A stretch of DNA of 38,191 nucleotides from IMG/VR virus record IMGVR_UViG_2778261450_000003, positions 1-38,191 of that record. One strand, given 5' to 3'. Source of the stretch: a virus. Taxonomy: Duplodnaviria; Heunggongvirae; Uroviricota; Caudoviricetes. Positions 1 to 7,859 of the stretch are shown here, one piece after another. The position numbers and the translations under genes are program-made. Under the pieces are notes generated by a model, which ran no database searches, was not told where the DNA came from, and worked only from the letters and a program-made list of their open reading frames with translations. Positions within the stretch are counted from its first letter, which is position 1, and the number at the start of each line of letters is the position of its first letter.

Positions 1-573
1 TTACTTAGATATTATCCTTGATTCTTTCCGGGTGACATAAGTACAGTTTGAAGGAATTTCATCCATGATAAATGACATTGCCCCGATCTTGACATTATCT
101 CCAATTTTAAAACCAGAGCCCAGAATGAATGAGTGGGCGCCAATATCAACGTTATTGCCAATCGTTATTCTATCGTGTTCATTATCCGATTGACTACGAC
201 CAATGGTTGTATTTTGTCTGATAGTCAGATTTTCTCCAATGATTGCCGTACTGGTAACAACGATGCCCGTGTGATGGATAATTGTCAGACCCTTGCCAAC
301 GGTCAGCCCTAGACCAAGATCACAGCTGTATTCACTGAGTAATTTGCGGTTGATTTTCTTCGCTGCTTTTTTTGTATATTTCCCGCCATGGATAAACATT
401 TCATTTGCAAGTCTCCACCAGAAGATGTATTTTCTTGAGCGTGATCTCTTCTCTCTTAGTAGGCGATGAATTAAAAATCGATCGCGACGGATGACTTCAA
501 CTTTCCAGCATTCGAATAGATGTTTCGTATTACCAAATAATATAAAATAAAGAGCAAAAATATATTTAGTCAT
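1..573 (-). CDS. hexapeptide-repeat (left-handed beta-helix) acetyltransferase, serine/sugar O-acetyltransferase-like
   Basis: Complete 190-aa ORF (ATG 571-573, TAA 1-3); tandem hexapeptide motifs (IGENLTI, IGNNVDIG, IGDNVKIG); strongly AT-rich unlike the rest of the window. Confidence 0.6.
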   Translation of the reverse strand: MTKYIFALYFILFGNTKHLFECWKVEVIRRDRFLIHRLLREKRSRSRKYIFWWRLANEMFIHGGKYTKKAAKKINRKLLSEYSCDLGLGLTVGKGLTIIHHTGIVVTSTAIIGENLTIRQNTTIGRSQSDNEHDRITIGNNVDIGAHSFILGSGFKIGDNVKIGAMSFIMDEIPSNCTYVTRKESRIISK

Positions 574-771
574 ATAACTATCTTCTTTTTACCTACATTG
601 ATTCTTTGAAAATCGAATAGTGAAATGATAATTTCTTCTTATGAGTGGGCAAGGACGAGGTTTACATTTTTCCCCGTAGGATTTTCCACTCATATGTTAG
701 AAGATAGGGTGCCTTTACGACCTTACCTTAGCAACCGATTGACGGGGGATTGCTCCCCCGCCGCGGTTTCC

Positions 772-912
772 TTACTGTTTACACTGTAAGAACGCCGCAA
801 ACTCCGCTCCCCAAAAACTCATCCGTATCTCACACAGTGAACCGTGCAACATCCAGATGATGAGGATTGCCGTCACGCAGAACGTGATGGCTGTAAGCGA
901 TTTTTGCGACAT
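772..912 (-). CDS. Hok/Gef-family type I toxin (small membrane peptide)
   Basis: 46-aa ORF MSQKSLTAITFCVTAILIIWMLHGSLCEIRMSFWGAEFAAFLQCKQ with AAGGAG RBS 8 nt upstream; hydrophobic N-terminal TM, SLCEIR and E-x-AAF-x-x-C-K motifs as remembered for Hok/HokA; below the ORF-track size cutoff. Confidence 0.6.
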   Translation of the reverse strand: MSQKSLTAITFCVTAILIIWMLHGSLCEIRMSFWGAEFAAFLQCKQ

Positions 913-1175
913 AGCGCTTGCTCCTTTTTCGGGGAGGCGCTAACCTATCACTTGTCTAGGGTAGATGGTTAGGGCCTCGGTTAAACAAAAATGTTTTCCG
1001 GGGCCTTTCCACATCCGGCCTTCAGGTATTCCCTCCAGCCATCAGCCGAAAGGCACCCGCGCGAATTCTAGCCTGGTTTTTTCCCTTGTTTCAATCCGTT
1101 GAGGTTTGTCGGTCTTCTGATGTAAAATTCCCGACCTTATACATTATTCAGTCACGCATTTGATACATGCTTCCG

Positions 1176-1198
1176 CCGGCGTTCGCGCCGGTTTTTTT
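1176..1198 (+). terminator. intrinsic terminator (CCGGCG-UUCG-CGCCGG hairpin plus T7), possible 3' end of a Sok-like antisense RNA
   Basis: 6-bp GC stem with UUCG tetraloop followed by TTTTTTT on the + strand, about 260 nt upstream of the hok-like ORF in the mRNA sense. Confidence 0.4.
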
Positions 1199-1671
1199 CG
1201 CTCTGTTGCTGCGTAGATCGTCATGTGCGATCGAGGCGCGTTATTGATCCTTTTTTCAGTTTAATTTTGACTCTCAATTTTACGCAGGCCGCGCCGCGTC
1301 TGGCTTCGTTGTTTGACGATTTTTTGTCGCGATCCTTTTTGATCGTTTTTCGTCTCGCGCAAAGCATGAAAACTCTTTTAATATCATGCGGTTTCATTGC
1401 TCCTGCCATTTATGAGATCGTAAAAAACTCGCTGAAAACTGCAAAAAATTTCAAAGCGTGAAATTTCAGATCTTCGCTTTTCCCTCAGTCGCTGCGCGGG
1501 CTGGCGGTCATTTTTGCACGGCAGAAAACTGAAAAAGTGTTTCGACACAAAACCCGCGGGTTGGAGGGGGTAGCGCGGTTTACGTCACCTCACGCTTTAC
1601 GTCACACCGTTTACGCGGTGTGCGCATACAGCGCCAGAATGGCACGCAGAACGCATTAATCAGGTGGCAGA

Positions 1672-1699
1672 TATGAAAACGCACGACCGGAGCCGTGCG
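1672..1699 (-). terminator. candidate intrinsic terminator ending the tail operon
   Basis: CGCACG/CGTGCG stem with 8-nt loop, followed on the - strand by GUUUUCAU; lies 38 nt after the stop of the last tail gene. Confidence 0.4.
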
Positions 1700-1736
1700 T
1701 TGCGTGATGGGCGTTTATGGGGGGGATGCCCGGTGA

Positions 1737-3434
1737 TCAGGCGATAAGGTCACCGTATTTTTCGCGCAGGCTCGTAGCCTGTTTGGCGTCTGCGGCAAGT
1801 TCGCTGCTGTTTGTTGGTGCGCCGGTGTTGCTGTGGGTGTGGTTTGCAGTGTGTGTGGCCAGCAACTGAACCAGATCCAGAATATCAATCAACAACGTCA
1901 GCAGATTAAGTCCGGATTTTTCCCGTGAGCCACCGCGACCAATAAATACTGTCGGGGCTGTAAACTCCAGACCACCGTCCGCCCGGCATGTTCTGCGGCC
2001 TCCCACGTTTTCAGTAAGGTCGCGCTCAATCGTGGATGTCGCCCCTTTGAGTTTAGTCAGCAAATCCTGCGCTACCATCTGGATATGCTCACCGGCTGCG
2101 ATCGCATAATGACCAGTAGTAATGTGTTCTGTCTGGCCTGTCATCAGCTTGCTGGTTCCCAGAACGCTGGTTATGTCGTTTGCCTGTACTGTTGTTGTTC
2201 TGGTTGTTGTTGTGCGTTCTTCCTGATCGCTGTTAATGGTTCGTCTGGCTGAATGCTCCCTGATTTGCTGATCGGTTTCTCTGTGCCAGCTTCCGTCAGT
2301 CGTGACGCGCTGAAACACTTCTGCGCGCTGTTGCTGCAGCTGTTCGCCGGGCTTTACATCAGGCAGGTTATGGCCAGCGGGTAAGATTTGCCTGATAACG
2401 GGTTTGTCCGGACGTCCTTCAATGTTGGATATTTCCACGATGGTGCCTGCCGGTGGGTAGGCAAAACATCCCGCCTCACTGCCAGCCATGGGGACGGGGA
2501 GCGGTACTGCCGGGTAAACGGGCGTGTCGCTTTTATCGTTGCCGTTCTCATCAAGCAACTGCACATCGACGGCGTAGCGTGGGCGGAAACTGTCGGCCAC
2601 GTCGCCCAGGGTGGTGGGCTCCGTTGGCGCAATGACGCGCGCCAGCCGGGTATGTAGCGTACCGCTGGCCAGTTCCGGGAACTGTGTTTCCATTTGTCTG
2701 CGTAATGGTGATTTGGAAACAGGGGTACCCGTGGCGGTAAGGCGCTCCCATGTCAGGGTCATTTTCTCGTTGTTGAGGGCTACACGGGTAATGCGCCCGG
2801 CCGGTAGGTTCACGCCCGGTCGCACAGTTTCCATAAACATGATGTCGATGCTGTTTCCGCCGCTTTGCCCGAGTGTGTACTGTTGCGGAATATCCGGCAT
2901 TGTAATACTGGCAAATCGTGAATCAGCTGCGCTTCCCACAAATACAGAACCGTCCGGCATAGGGTGCCAGACGTAATCGCTGATACTGAATGCTCGCCCC
3001 AGTTGGCTGAGCAGTTGTGCTCCGCTGCCGCTGTGGGTGATGTAGGGAGTTGGTATACTGGCATAATCCGCATCCGGAGTGATAAAAACGATACCGCTTT
3101 GTCGCCCCAGATTATCGAGTACCCCCCGCAACGTCGGGTGTTGCATGGAGCAAGGGAAATCAAAATCCAGCACAGCAGCCGCTTCACGAATAAAAAGGCG
3201 ACGTGAGCCATTTTCAGCAGGTTGATCGCGCTCAATGTAGCCGGAGAAATAGCGCCATGCTTCACCGTCACGGCCGAGATCAATTTGTACCATTGCGCCG
3301 GCAAGGCTGTGTTCGGGTGACAGATTGTTAACAGAAATGAAGCCACGACCGGCAGCATTCAGGGTAAGAACAAGGCTTATATCGGCAATTTCCACCCGTT
3401 CGCCATTAATCATGCAGCGTTGTATCAATTTCAT
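1737..3434 (-). CDS. baseplate hub / central spike protein (gpD+gpV-like, VgrG-like architecture)
   Basis: 565-aa ORF, last gene of the tail operon with ATGA overlap to the upstream gene; mid-region resembles the gp5/gpV OB-fold (PMAGSEAGCFAYPPAGTIVEISNIEGRPDKPVI) and the C-terminus carries an HTANHTHSNTG motif like the His-rich spike apex; assignment from memory. Confidence 0.5.
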   Translation of the reverse strand: MKLIQRCMINGERVEIADISLVLTLNAAGRGFISVNNLSPEHSLAGAMVQIDLGRDGEAWRYFSGYIERDQPAENGSRRLFIREAAAVLDFDFPCSMQHPTLRGVLDNLGRQSGIVFITPDADYASIPTPYITHSGSGAQLLSQLGRAFSISDYVWHPMPDGSVFVGSAADSRFASITMPDIPQQYTLGQSGGNSIDIMFMETVRPGVNLPAGRITRVALNNEKMTLTWERLTATGTPVSKSPLRRQMETQFPELASGTLHTRLARVIAPTEPTTLGDVADSFRPRYAVDVQLLDENGNDKSDTPVYPAVPLPVPMAGSEAGCFAYPPAGTIVEISNIEGRPDKPVIRQILPAGHNLPDVKPGEQLQQQRAEVFQRVTTDGSWHRETDQQIREHSARRTINSDQEERTTTTRTTTVQANDITSVLGTSKLMTGQTEHITTGHYAIAAGEHIQMVAQDLLTKLKGATSTIERDLTENVGGRRTCRADGGLEFTAPTVFIGRGGSREKSGLNLLTLLIDILDLVQLLATHTANHTHSNTGAPTNSSELAADAKQATSLREKYGDLIA

Positions 3435-4006
3435 GTTTTCCCTTCCTCTTTCACGCTCCCGATGCCAACAGCATCCAGACCAGAGCCAACGGCATCATTG
3501 ATTTTTTTCCAGAACGAACTTTGCGTATTCATGCCTTTGTCTGGTACCTGTTCGCTGCCATTCTGGGTCTGCTGTCTGGCGATGGTTTTCTGCGAACCGC
3601 TGCGTGCGGATGCTTTCTCTGGCACGCTTAATTTTTCCCTGAGAGTAAAGGTGATCTGCCAGTGCATTTTTCCCTGTTGTTCCGTGGCATCAATGCCACC
3701 AGAAAACACCCCCTGTCGCATATTGATTGCCTTCGCGGTAGCGTTAGCAATGCGATATGTTTTTTTAGCACCGTTGCTTTCTGTTGCCTCCGCAAGCTGA
3801 AAAATACGGGTCAGAATAGCTTCATCGTTAAAATCAATAACCCCCGACACGCGCAGCTCTTTAGCCTTGTTTCCCTGCTGGGCGCTCGTGGTGCTGGTTG
3901 ACTGTCCGGACATATCTTTGTCCGGTAGTTGCATGGTGGCGCTGACGGTGATGTTACGCAGCAGAATGGCTTCCCCGTCAAGCGCAAGGACAATCATCTG
4001 GGTCAT
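3431..4006 (-). CDS. hypothetical protein in tail operon (possible tail/baseplate component)
   Basis: 191-aa ORF with AGGGAA RBS; ATGA-coupled to the hub/spike gene; no motif recognised. Confidence 0.35.
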   Translation of the reverse strand: MTQMIVLALDGEAILLRNITVSATMQLPDKDMSGQSTSTTSAQQGNKAKELRVSGVIDFNDEAILTRIFQLAEATESNGAKKTYRIANATAKAINMRQGVFSGGIDATEQQGKMHWQITFTLREKLSVPEKASARSGSQKTIARQQTQNGSEQVPDKGMNTQSSFWKKINDAVGSGLDAVGIGSVKEEGKT

Positions 4007-4691
4007 GTAGTGCTTCCCTTAGTGATGAGAGATTATCGCCGACGAACAGCATCACAGCTGTAAAAACCCACTCGGGGTGTGGGATGTTTTTTTGTATCAG
4101 CACTGCAGCCTGGCTAAGGGCTCCCTTGTAGCAAAAGCGCCACACCGGGCAAACTTTTTGCCGGAGTGCGGCCTGCTGATCAGCGATTTCCTGTAAGGCT
4201 TTATCTCTCGCATTCATGAACTGATGCAGCGATGATGACAATGTTTCCGGTGATGTGGCGGCAGGAGTGGCTGCCTGTGCAATGGTTGCTGCCAGCGACA
4301 TGCTGCGAGTGGTCTGTGTCGACAGCATTATCGGTTCCGGAAGTGATGTTGCCGGTCTGGCGGGGATTTGCATTCTGCTGATGGCCAGTGAAAGTTGACT
4401 GGAAATCATGCGGGACATTCGCCCCACCTCTGGCAATGGAAATGCGTCTGAAAATTGCCTGGCGAGTGATAAAAACTCGCCAGCAGAAGGAGCGCAAAAC
4501 AACAGCGCCACAATGTCTTTTTCTGTGCTTTCTTTCAGGTAGGGTAAAAGTGCAGATACAGCATTTTCGGGGCTGAGATAACGCCCCGATGGTTTGATGT
4601 TTCCGGTATTTTCTGACCACGGATGAAGACAAACCACAGAACATTTAATGTTTATGGCAGACGGACGTAAAATTACCTCTTTCCATTTCAT
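3978..4691 (-). CDS. hypothetical Cys-rich protein in tail operon
   Basis: 237-aa ORF whose ATG overlaps the stop of the upstream tail-fibre chaperone (ATGA); Cys pairs near both termini (CSVVC, CPVWRFC, DCPCA) and a Ser/Thr/Ala-rich middle; no family recognised. Confidence 0.35.
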   Translation of the reverse strand: MKWKEVILRPSAINIKCSVVCLHPWSENTGNIKPSGRYLSPENAVSALLPYLKESTEKDIVALLFCAPSAGEFLSLARQFSDAFPLPEVGRMSRMISSQLSLAISRMQIPARPATSLPEPIMLSTQTTRSMSLAATIAQAATPAATSPETLSSSLHQFMNARDKALQEIADQQAALRQKVCPVWRFCYKGALSQAAVLIQKNIPHPEWVFTAVMLFVGDNLSSLREALHDPDDCPCA

Positions 4692-5260
4692 TCTGCTTTG
4701 CCCACCTGAAATGCCCTAATTGCAGCAATGTTATTCAGTGTGGCCAGCGTGTTTTTCATCTCACGCTGGCGCAGGTAAATCTCATCGTTGCGTGCAGCCT
4801 GAGCCTGCACCATTGCCGTAAGTAGTTCTTCCAGCTTTTGTTGTGACAATTTAATTTGTTGGTTATTTGCATCACTCCATACTGTGGCATTGTGTGCCAC
4901 ACCAGATTTTGCTGCCATCACTGCCGGGAATAAGCGTTCCAGTGAGGATTTTCCTCCATTCCATGTGCTGCTGTTCCATTCGAATGTGAACGGCTGCGCC
5001 TCCTGTTCTGTTCGCCAGCGCCTGATTTCCTCTTTTTTCAGTTCTTTTTCTTTGTCCAGCATCTCTGCTGTTACAGTGAAGGGGATGATTTCACCAAACT
5101 CACCGCTCATCAGTGTTCCCCATACCCGCTGGCCTGATGCAGCAGAATCATTTTCCACTGCACGATAAGGAATATAATCAGCCCGCCCTTCAAACAACAC
5201 TTCACAGGAAACAGACCCGTCTTCCAGGTATTTCATCGCCTTTATGTCGATTATTTTCAT
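4688..5260 (-). CDS. tail fibre assembly chaperone (second copy, divergent type)
   Basis: 190 aa from the ATG at 5260, which overlaps the fibre-2 stop (TAATG); position directly after a tail fibre gene; weaker similarity to classical Tfa than the first copy. Confidence 0.45.
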   Translation of the reverse strand: MKIIDIKAMKYLEDGSVSCEVLFEGRADYIPYRAVENDSAASGQRVWGTLMSGEFGEIIPFTVTAEMLDKEKELKKEEIRRWRTEQEAQPFTFEWNSSTWNGGKSSLERLFPAVMAAKSGVAHNATVWSDANNQQIKLSQQKLEELLTAMVQAQAARNDEIYLRQREMKNTLATLNNIAAIRAFQVGKAE

Positions 5261-7299
5261 TATTCTGCCCTCATCACCAGGCAAATCCACCAGGCATTGG
5301 CTTTATTCCCACAGTTCAGACTCTGACTGGAGCCATTCAGAATAAAATAGGACCCCGGCAATAACCCGTACATCATCGATACGTTGTAAACCGATGCCGC
5401 TGCGCACGGATTACCATTGTTCTCAAACATAAGCGATACATGCCGTAACTTTTCGCCTGATATCCTGTCCCCACGCTTATGTGAGGCAAGGTCAGCGACA
5501 GATATTGCTGCCAGTGTGACTCCGTCAATCCCCGGGTTTCCCCAGAAGTCAGCAGAGCGTAATCCCTTCGCGCTGAGATTTCCCCAGCCAGCCAGACCGG
5601 CTCCGGCACTGGTCCATTTCAGCCAGTTGATAAACATTTCTCCCTTCTTACTCATGAAAATAATGAGCTTGTCTGCACGCGATTGCGAAGACGAGGAGGC
5701 TGTATCCGGAATAATAATTTCAACAATCCCTTCCAGACGATTTTCCTTGTCAATAATCTGAGGCGCGCTATATGAAGTACCGTCTCCTACCGCATACCGG
5801 CCCGGTGGTGTAGTGGATACCCAGGAAATAAAATCAGCAGGGCCGTTTTCTCCCCTGAAAATGACTTTGTCTTCATGTCGGTAATATCCTCCATATCCCA
5901 GCGTCCCCGGAATGGCCACCACGCCTTCGCTGCGGTCATAAATATTATTCTGTGGCACCACAGTGTCTGACCTTTCCAGCTCAAGCACTCTGCGCATATC
6001 TTCCGGTGTGGCCTGTGCCAGCAGTGAACGGGCTTCTGGCGTCAACCGTGTCAGCGATGCGTTCCCGTCCGAATCAAAGTACAGAAGATTATCTGCCTGA
6101 GCGTTTAACCTGCTGATGGCGGTTAAAACATCACTAAGTGGCTGTTTGCCTGCAAGCGCGTTAGTGACCGTCGTTGCAAAATTCGGGTCACTGCCCAGCG
6201 CCGCTGCCAGCTCATTCAGTGTGTCAAGGGCTTCCGGAGATGAGCCAACCAGTGCAGCGAGCAGTTTGCGGACAAACGCCGCGTTCGCCATCTCCAGCCC
6301 GACCGCATCATCCGGTGGGGTTGGTGTGGTTGGCGTACCGGTGAACGCCGGGCTGTTCAGCGGCGCGCGGGTTTCAATCAGCGCCCTGAGTGAAGCCTCG
6401 TTGACTTTCAGGTTTTCCCAGCCAGTCAGCAATCCATTTCCTGTACTCCAGTAACGGTTGTAATAAATATCACCGTTAATGCCATAGAAAATAATGGCCT
6501 TTGCTGTATGTGGTGGCAGAGGTGTGGAGCGTTCTGCTTCCAGCCAGCGGATACTTATCATCCCCCGGAAGGCGATGCCGGGAAGTACTCCGCTTCCCCC
6601 CTCCACATAATATTCTCCGGGTTCCACACATCTTACCCATGCCAGCAAATCAGCCTCGTTGTTAAACCTGACAGCATCACCCGGAATAAAAATATGACCA
6701 AAACCAAATGCGCCCGGTATCGCCAGACAACCTTCAGTCCGGTCTCGAATATCACCCTGTGGCTCCATTATGGCTGAAACTTTCAGTCCCAGATTGTCGC
6801 GGGATTCCTGTTGCGCCTCTTCGCCTTCTGCTGCAATTTCTGACAGGTGATTAGGAGTTTTCAGTGCTGTTTTCAGCTCCGGAGTGATATCCACCTGCCA
6901 GCTCTGGGGAGGGACGCTGATTTGCGCGGACTGAGCAATGCCTCTGTAGGTGATTGTAAAATTGCGGACGAGTGACTCACCTGTCGTTTTCTGTCTGACG
7001 GGAGTTTTTATTACGCCGCATAACGTTCCACTGGCCTGATGGATGAGACAAATCCAGTCATAACTGAAAACACAGTCATCAGGAACAACGGCGCTGCACA
7101 CAATAGTGTCCTGGCTTAACTGGCCACAGGTCAGTTCATTCACAGCGTATGTGATTCTGTCTTCCGGAACGGTATTGTCTTCGCGCGTTGGTTCCCGCTC
7201 CATCAGGGCAAAAATAATAGCGTCAGGGCGTGCAGGTAAATTACTGGCAGTGCATTCAGCAACCCACTTTTCAAATGCTTTTGTTAACAGTGCGCTCAT
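5260..7299 (-). CDS. tail fibre protein 2
   Basis: 679-aa ORF; N-terminal ~150 aa homologous to the N-terminus of the fibre at 7860-9560 (PARPD, SG-LC-I, TP motifs); contains an internal ~110-aa duplication (DRTEG...GWENL / DRSEG...GWGNL). Confidence 0.6.
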   Translation of the reverse strand: MSALLTKAFEKWVAECTASNLPARPDAIIFALMEREPTREDNTVPEDRITYAVNELTCGQLSQDTIVCSAVVPDDCVFSYDWICLIHQASGTLCGVIKTPVRQKTTGESLVRNFTITYRGIAQSAQISVPPQSWQVDITPELKTALKTPNHLSEIAAEGEEAQQESRDNLGLKVSAIMEPQGDIRDRTEGCLAIPGAFGFGHIFIPGDAVRFNNEADLLAWVRCVEPGEYYVEGGSGVLPGIAFRGMISIRWLEAERSTPLPPHTAKAIIFYGINGDIYYNRYWSTGNGLLTGWENLKVNEASLRALIETRAPLNSPAFTGTPTTPTPPDDAVGLEMANAAFVRKLLAALVGSSPEALDTLNELAAALGSDPNFATTVTNALAGKQPLSDVLTAISRLNAQADNLLYFDSDGNASLTRLTPEARSLLAQATPEDMRRVLELERSDTVVPQNNIYDRSEGVVAIPGTLGYGGYYRHEDKVIFRGENGPADFISWVSTTPPGRYAVGDGTSYSAPQIIDKENRLEGIVEIIIPDTASSSSQSRADKLIIFMSKKGEMFINWLKWTSAGAGLAGWGNLSAKGLRSADFWGNPGIDGVTLAAISVADLASHKRGDRISGEKLRHVSLMFENNGNPCAAASVYNVSMMYGLLPGSYFILNGSSQSLNCGNKANAWWICLVMRAE

Positions 7300-7305
7300 T
7301 ACTTC

Positions 7306-7857
7306 TTAATTCTCGCTAATGTTCTGCGGTAATTCTGGCCATACAATCGCGGCATACGATGCTTTATCTGTAACCTGGCTGAATGTCATCTCTCGTAACT
7401 TTTTTGTATAAATACGGCAGGCTTTCAGTTTTTCCCTGTCTTCGTCGCTGATTAATCCCAGCAGCAGGTCTTTTTCCCACTCGCAGGTCATGATGCTGGA
7501 CTGTTTTAACAGGGCATCACGCTCGTCTTCTGCTTTTAATTTGTAATCGAAGACAAATTCATCATTGCGGTAAAACCAGTAACCCGGTGCAGTGATGCGG
7601 CGGTTAGCGGTAATATCCGGAACTTCAATAACACTGGCATTACGGGGTTCAATGCCTGTCATATCCTTACCGACCCACACCACGCGCCCGTCCCCGGTGT
7701 AAACCATTTTTATTGTGTCGCTGGCAAAGTTCTTCTGTTCTTCATACCAGTTTTTGTCGTCTTCCGAAAAAAGCCAGGTGACACCATATTGTTTTGTCAT
7801 CTGATATTGTTCTGCGGTTTTCGGATTGCCCGCAGTAATATTTTTTAAATGCAACAT
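7306..7857 (-). CDS. tail fibre assembly protein (Tfa/gpG-like)
   Basis: 183-aa ORF immediately after fibre 1; C-terminal region (DEDREKLKACRIYTKKLREM...WPELP) resembles conserved Tfa C-termini. Confidence 0.6.
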   Translation of the reverse strand: MLHLKNITAGNPKTAEQYQMTKQYGVTWLFSEDDKNWYEEQKNFASDTIKMVYTGDGRVVWVGKDMTGIEPRNASVIEVPDITANRRITAPGYWFYRNDEFVFDYKLKAEDERDALLKQSSIMTCEWEKDLLLGLISDEDREKLKACRIYTKKLREMTFSQVTDKASYAAIVWPELPQNISEN

Positions 7858-7859
7858 TA

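Noticed and set aside
1225-1461. 78-aa + strand ORF and an internal 31-aa hydrophobic peptide in the left flank
   Set aside because: No RBS and the region is better explained as the hok mRNA leader and promoter; kept only as an unresolved possibility.
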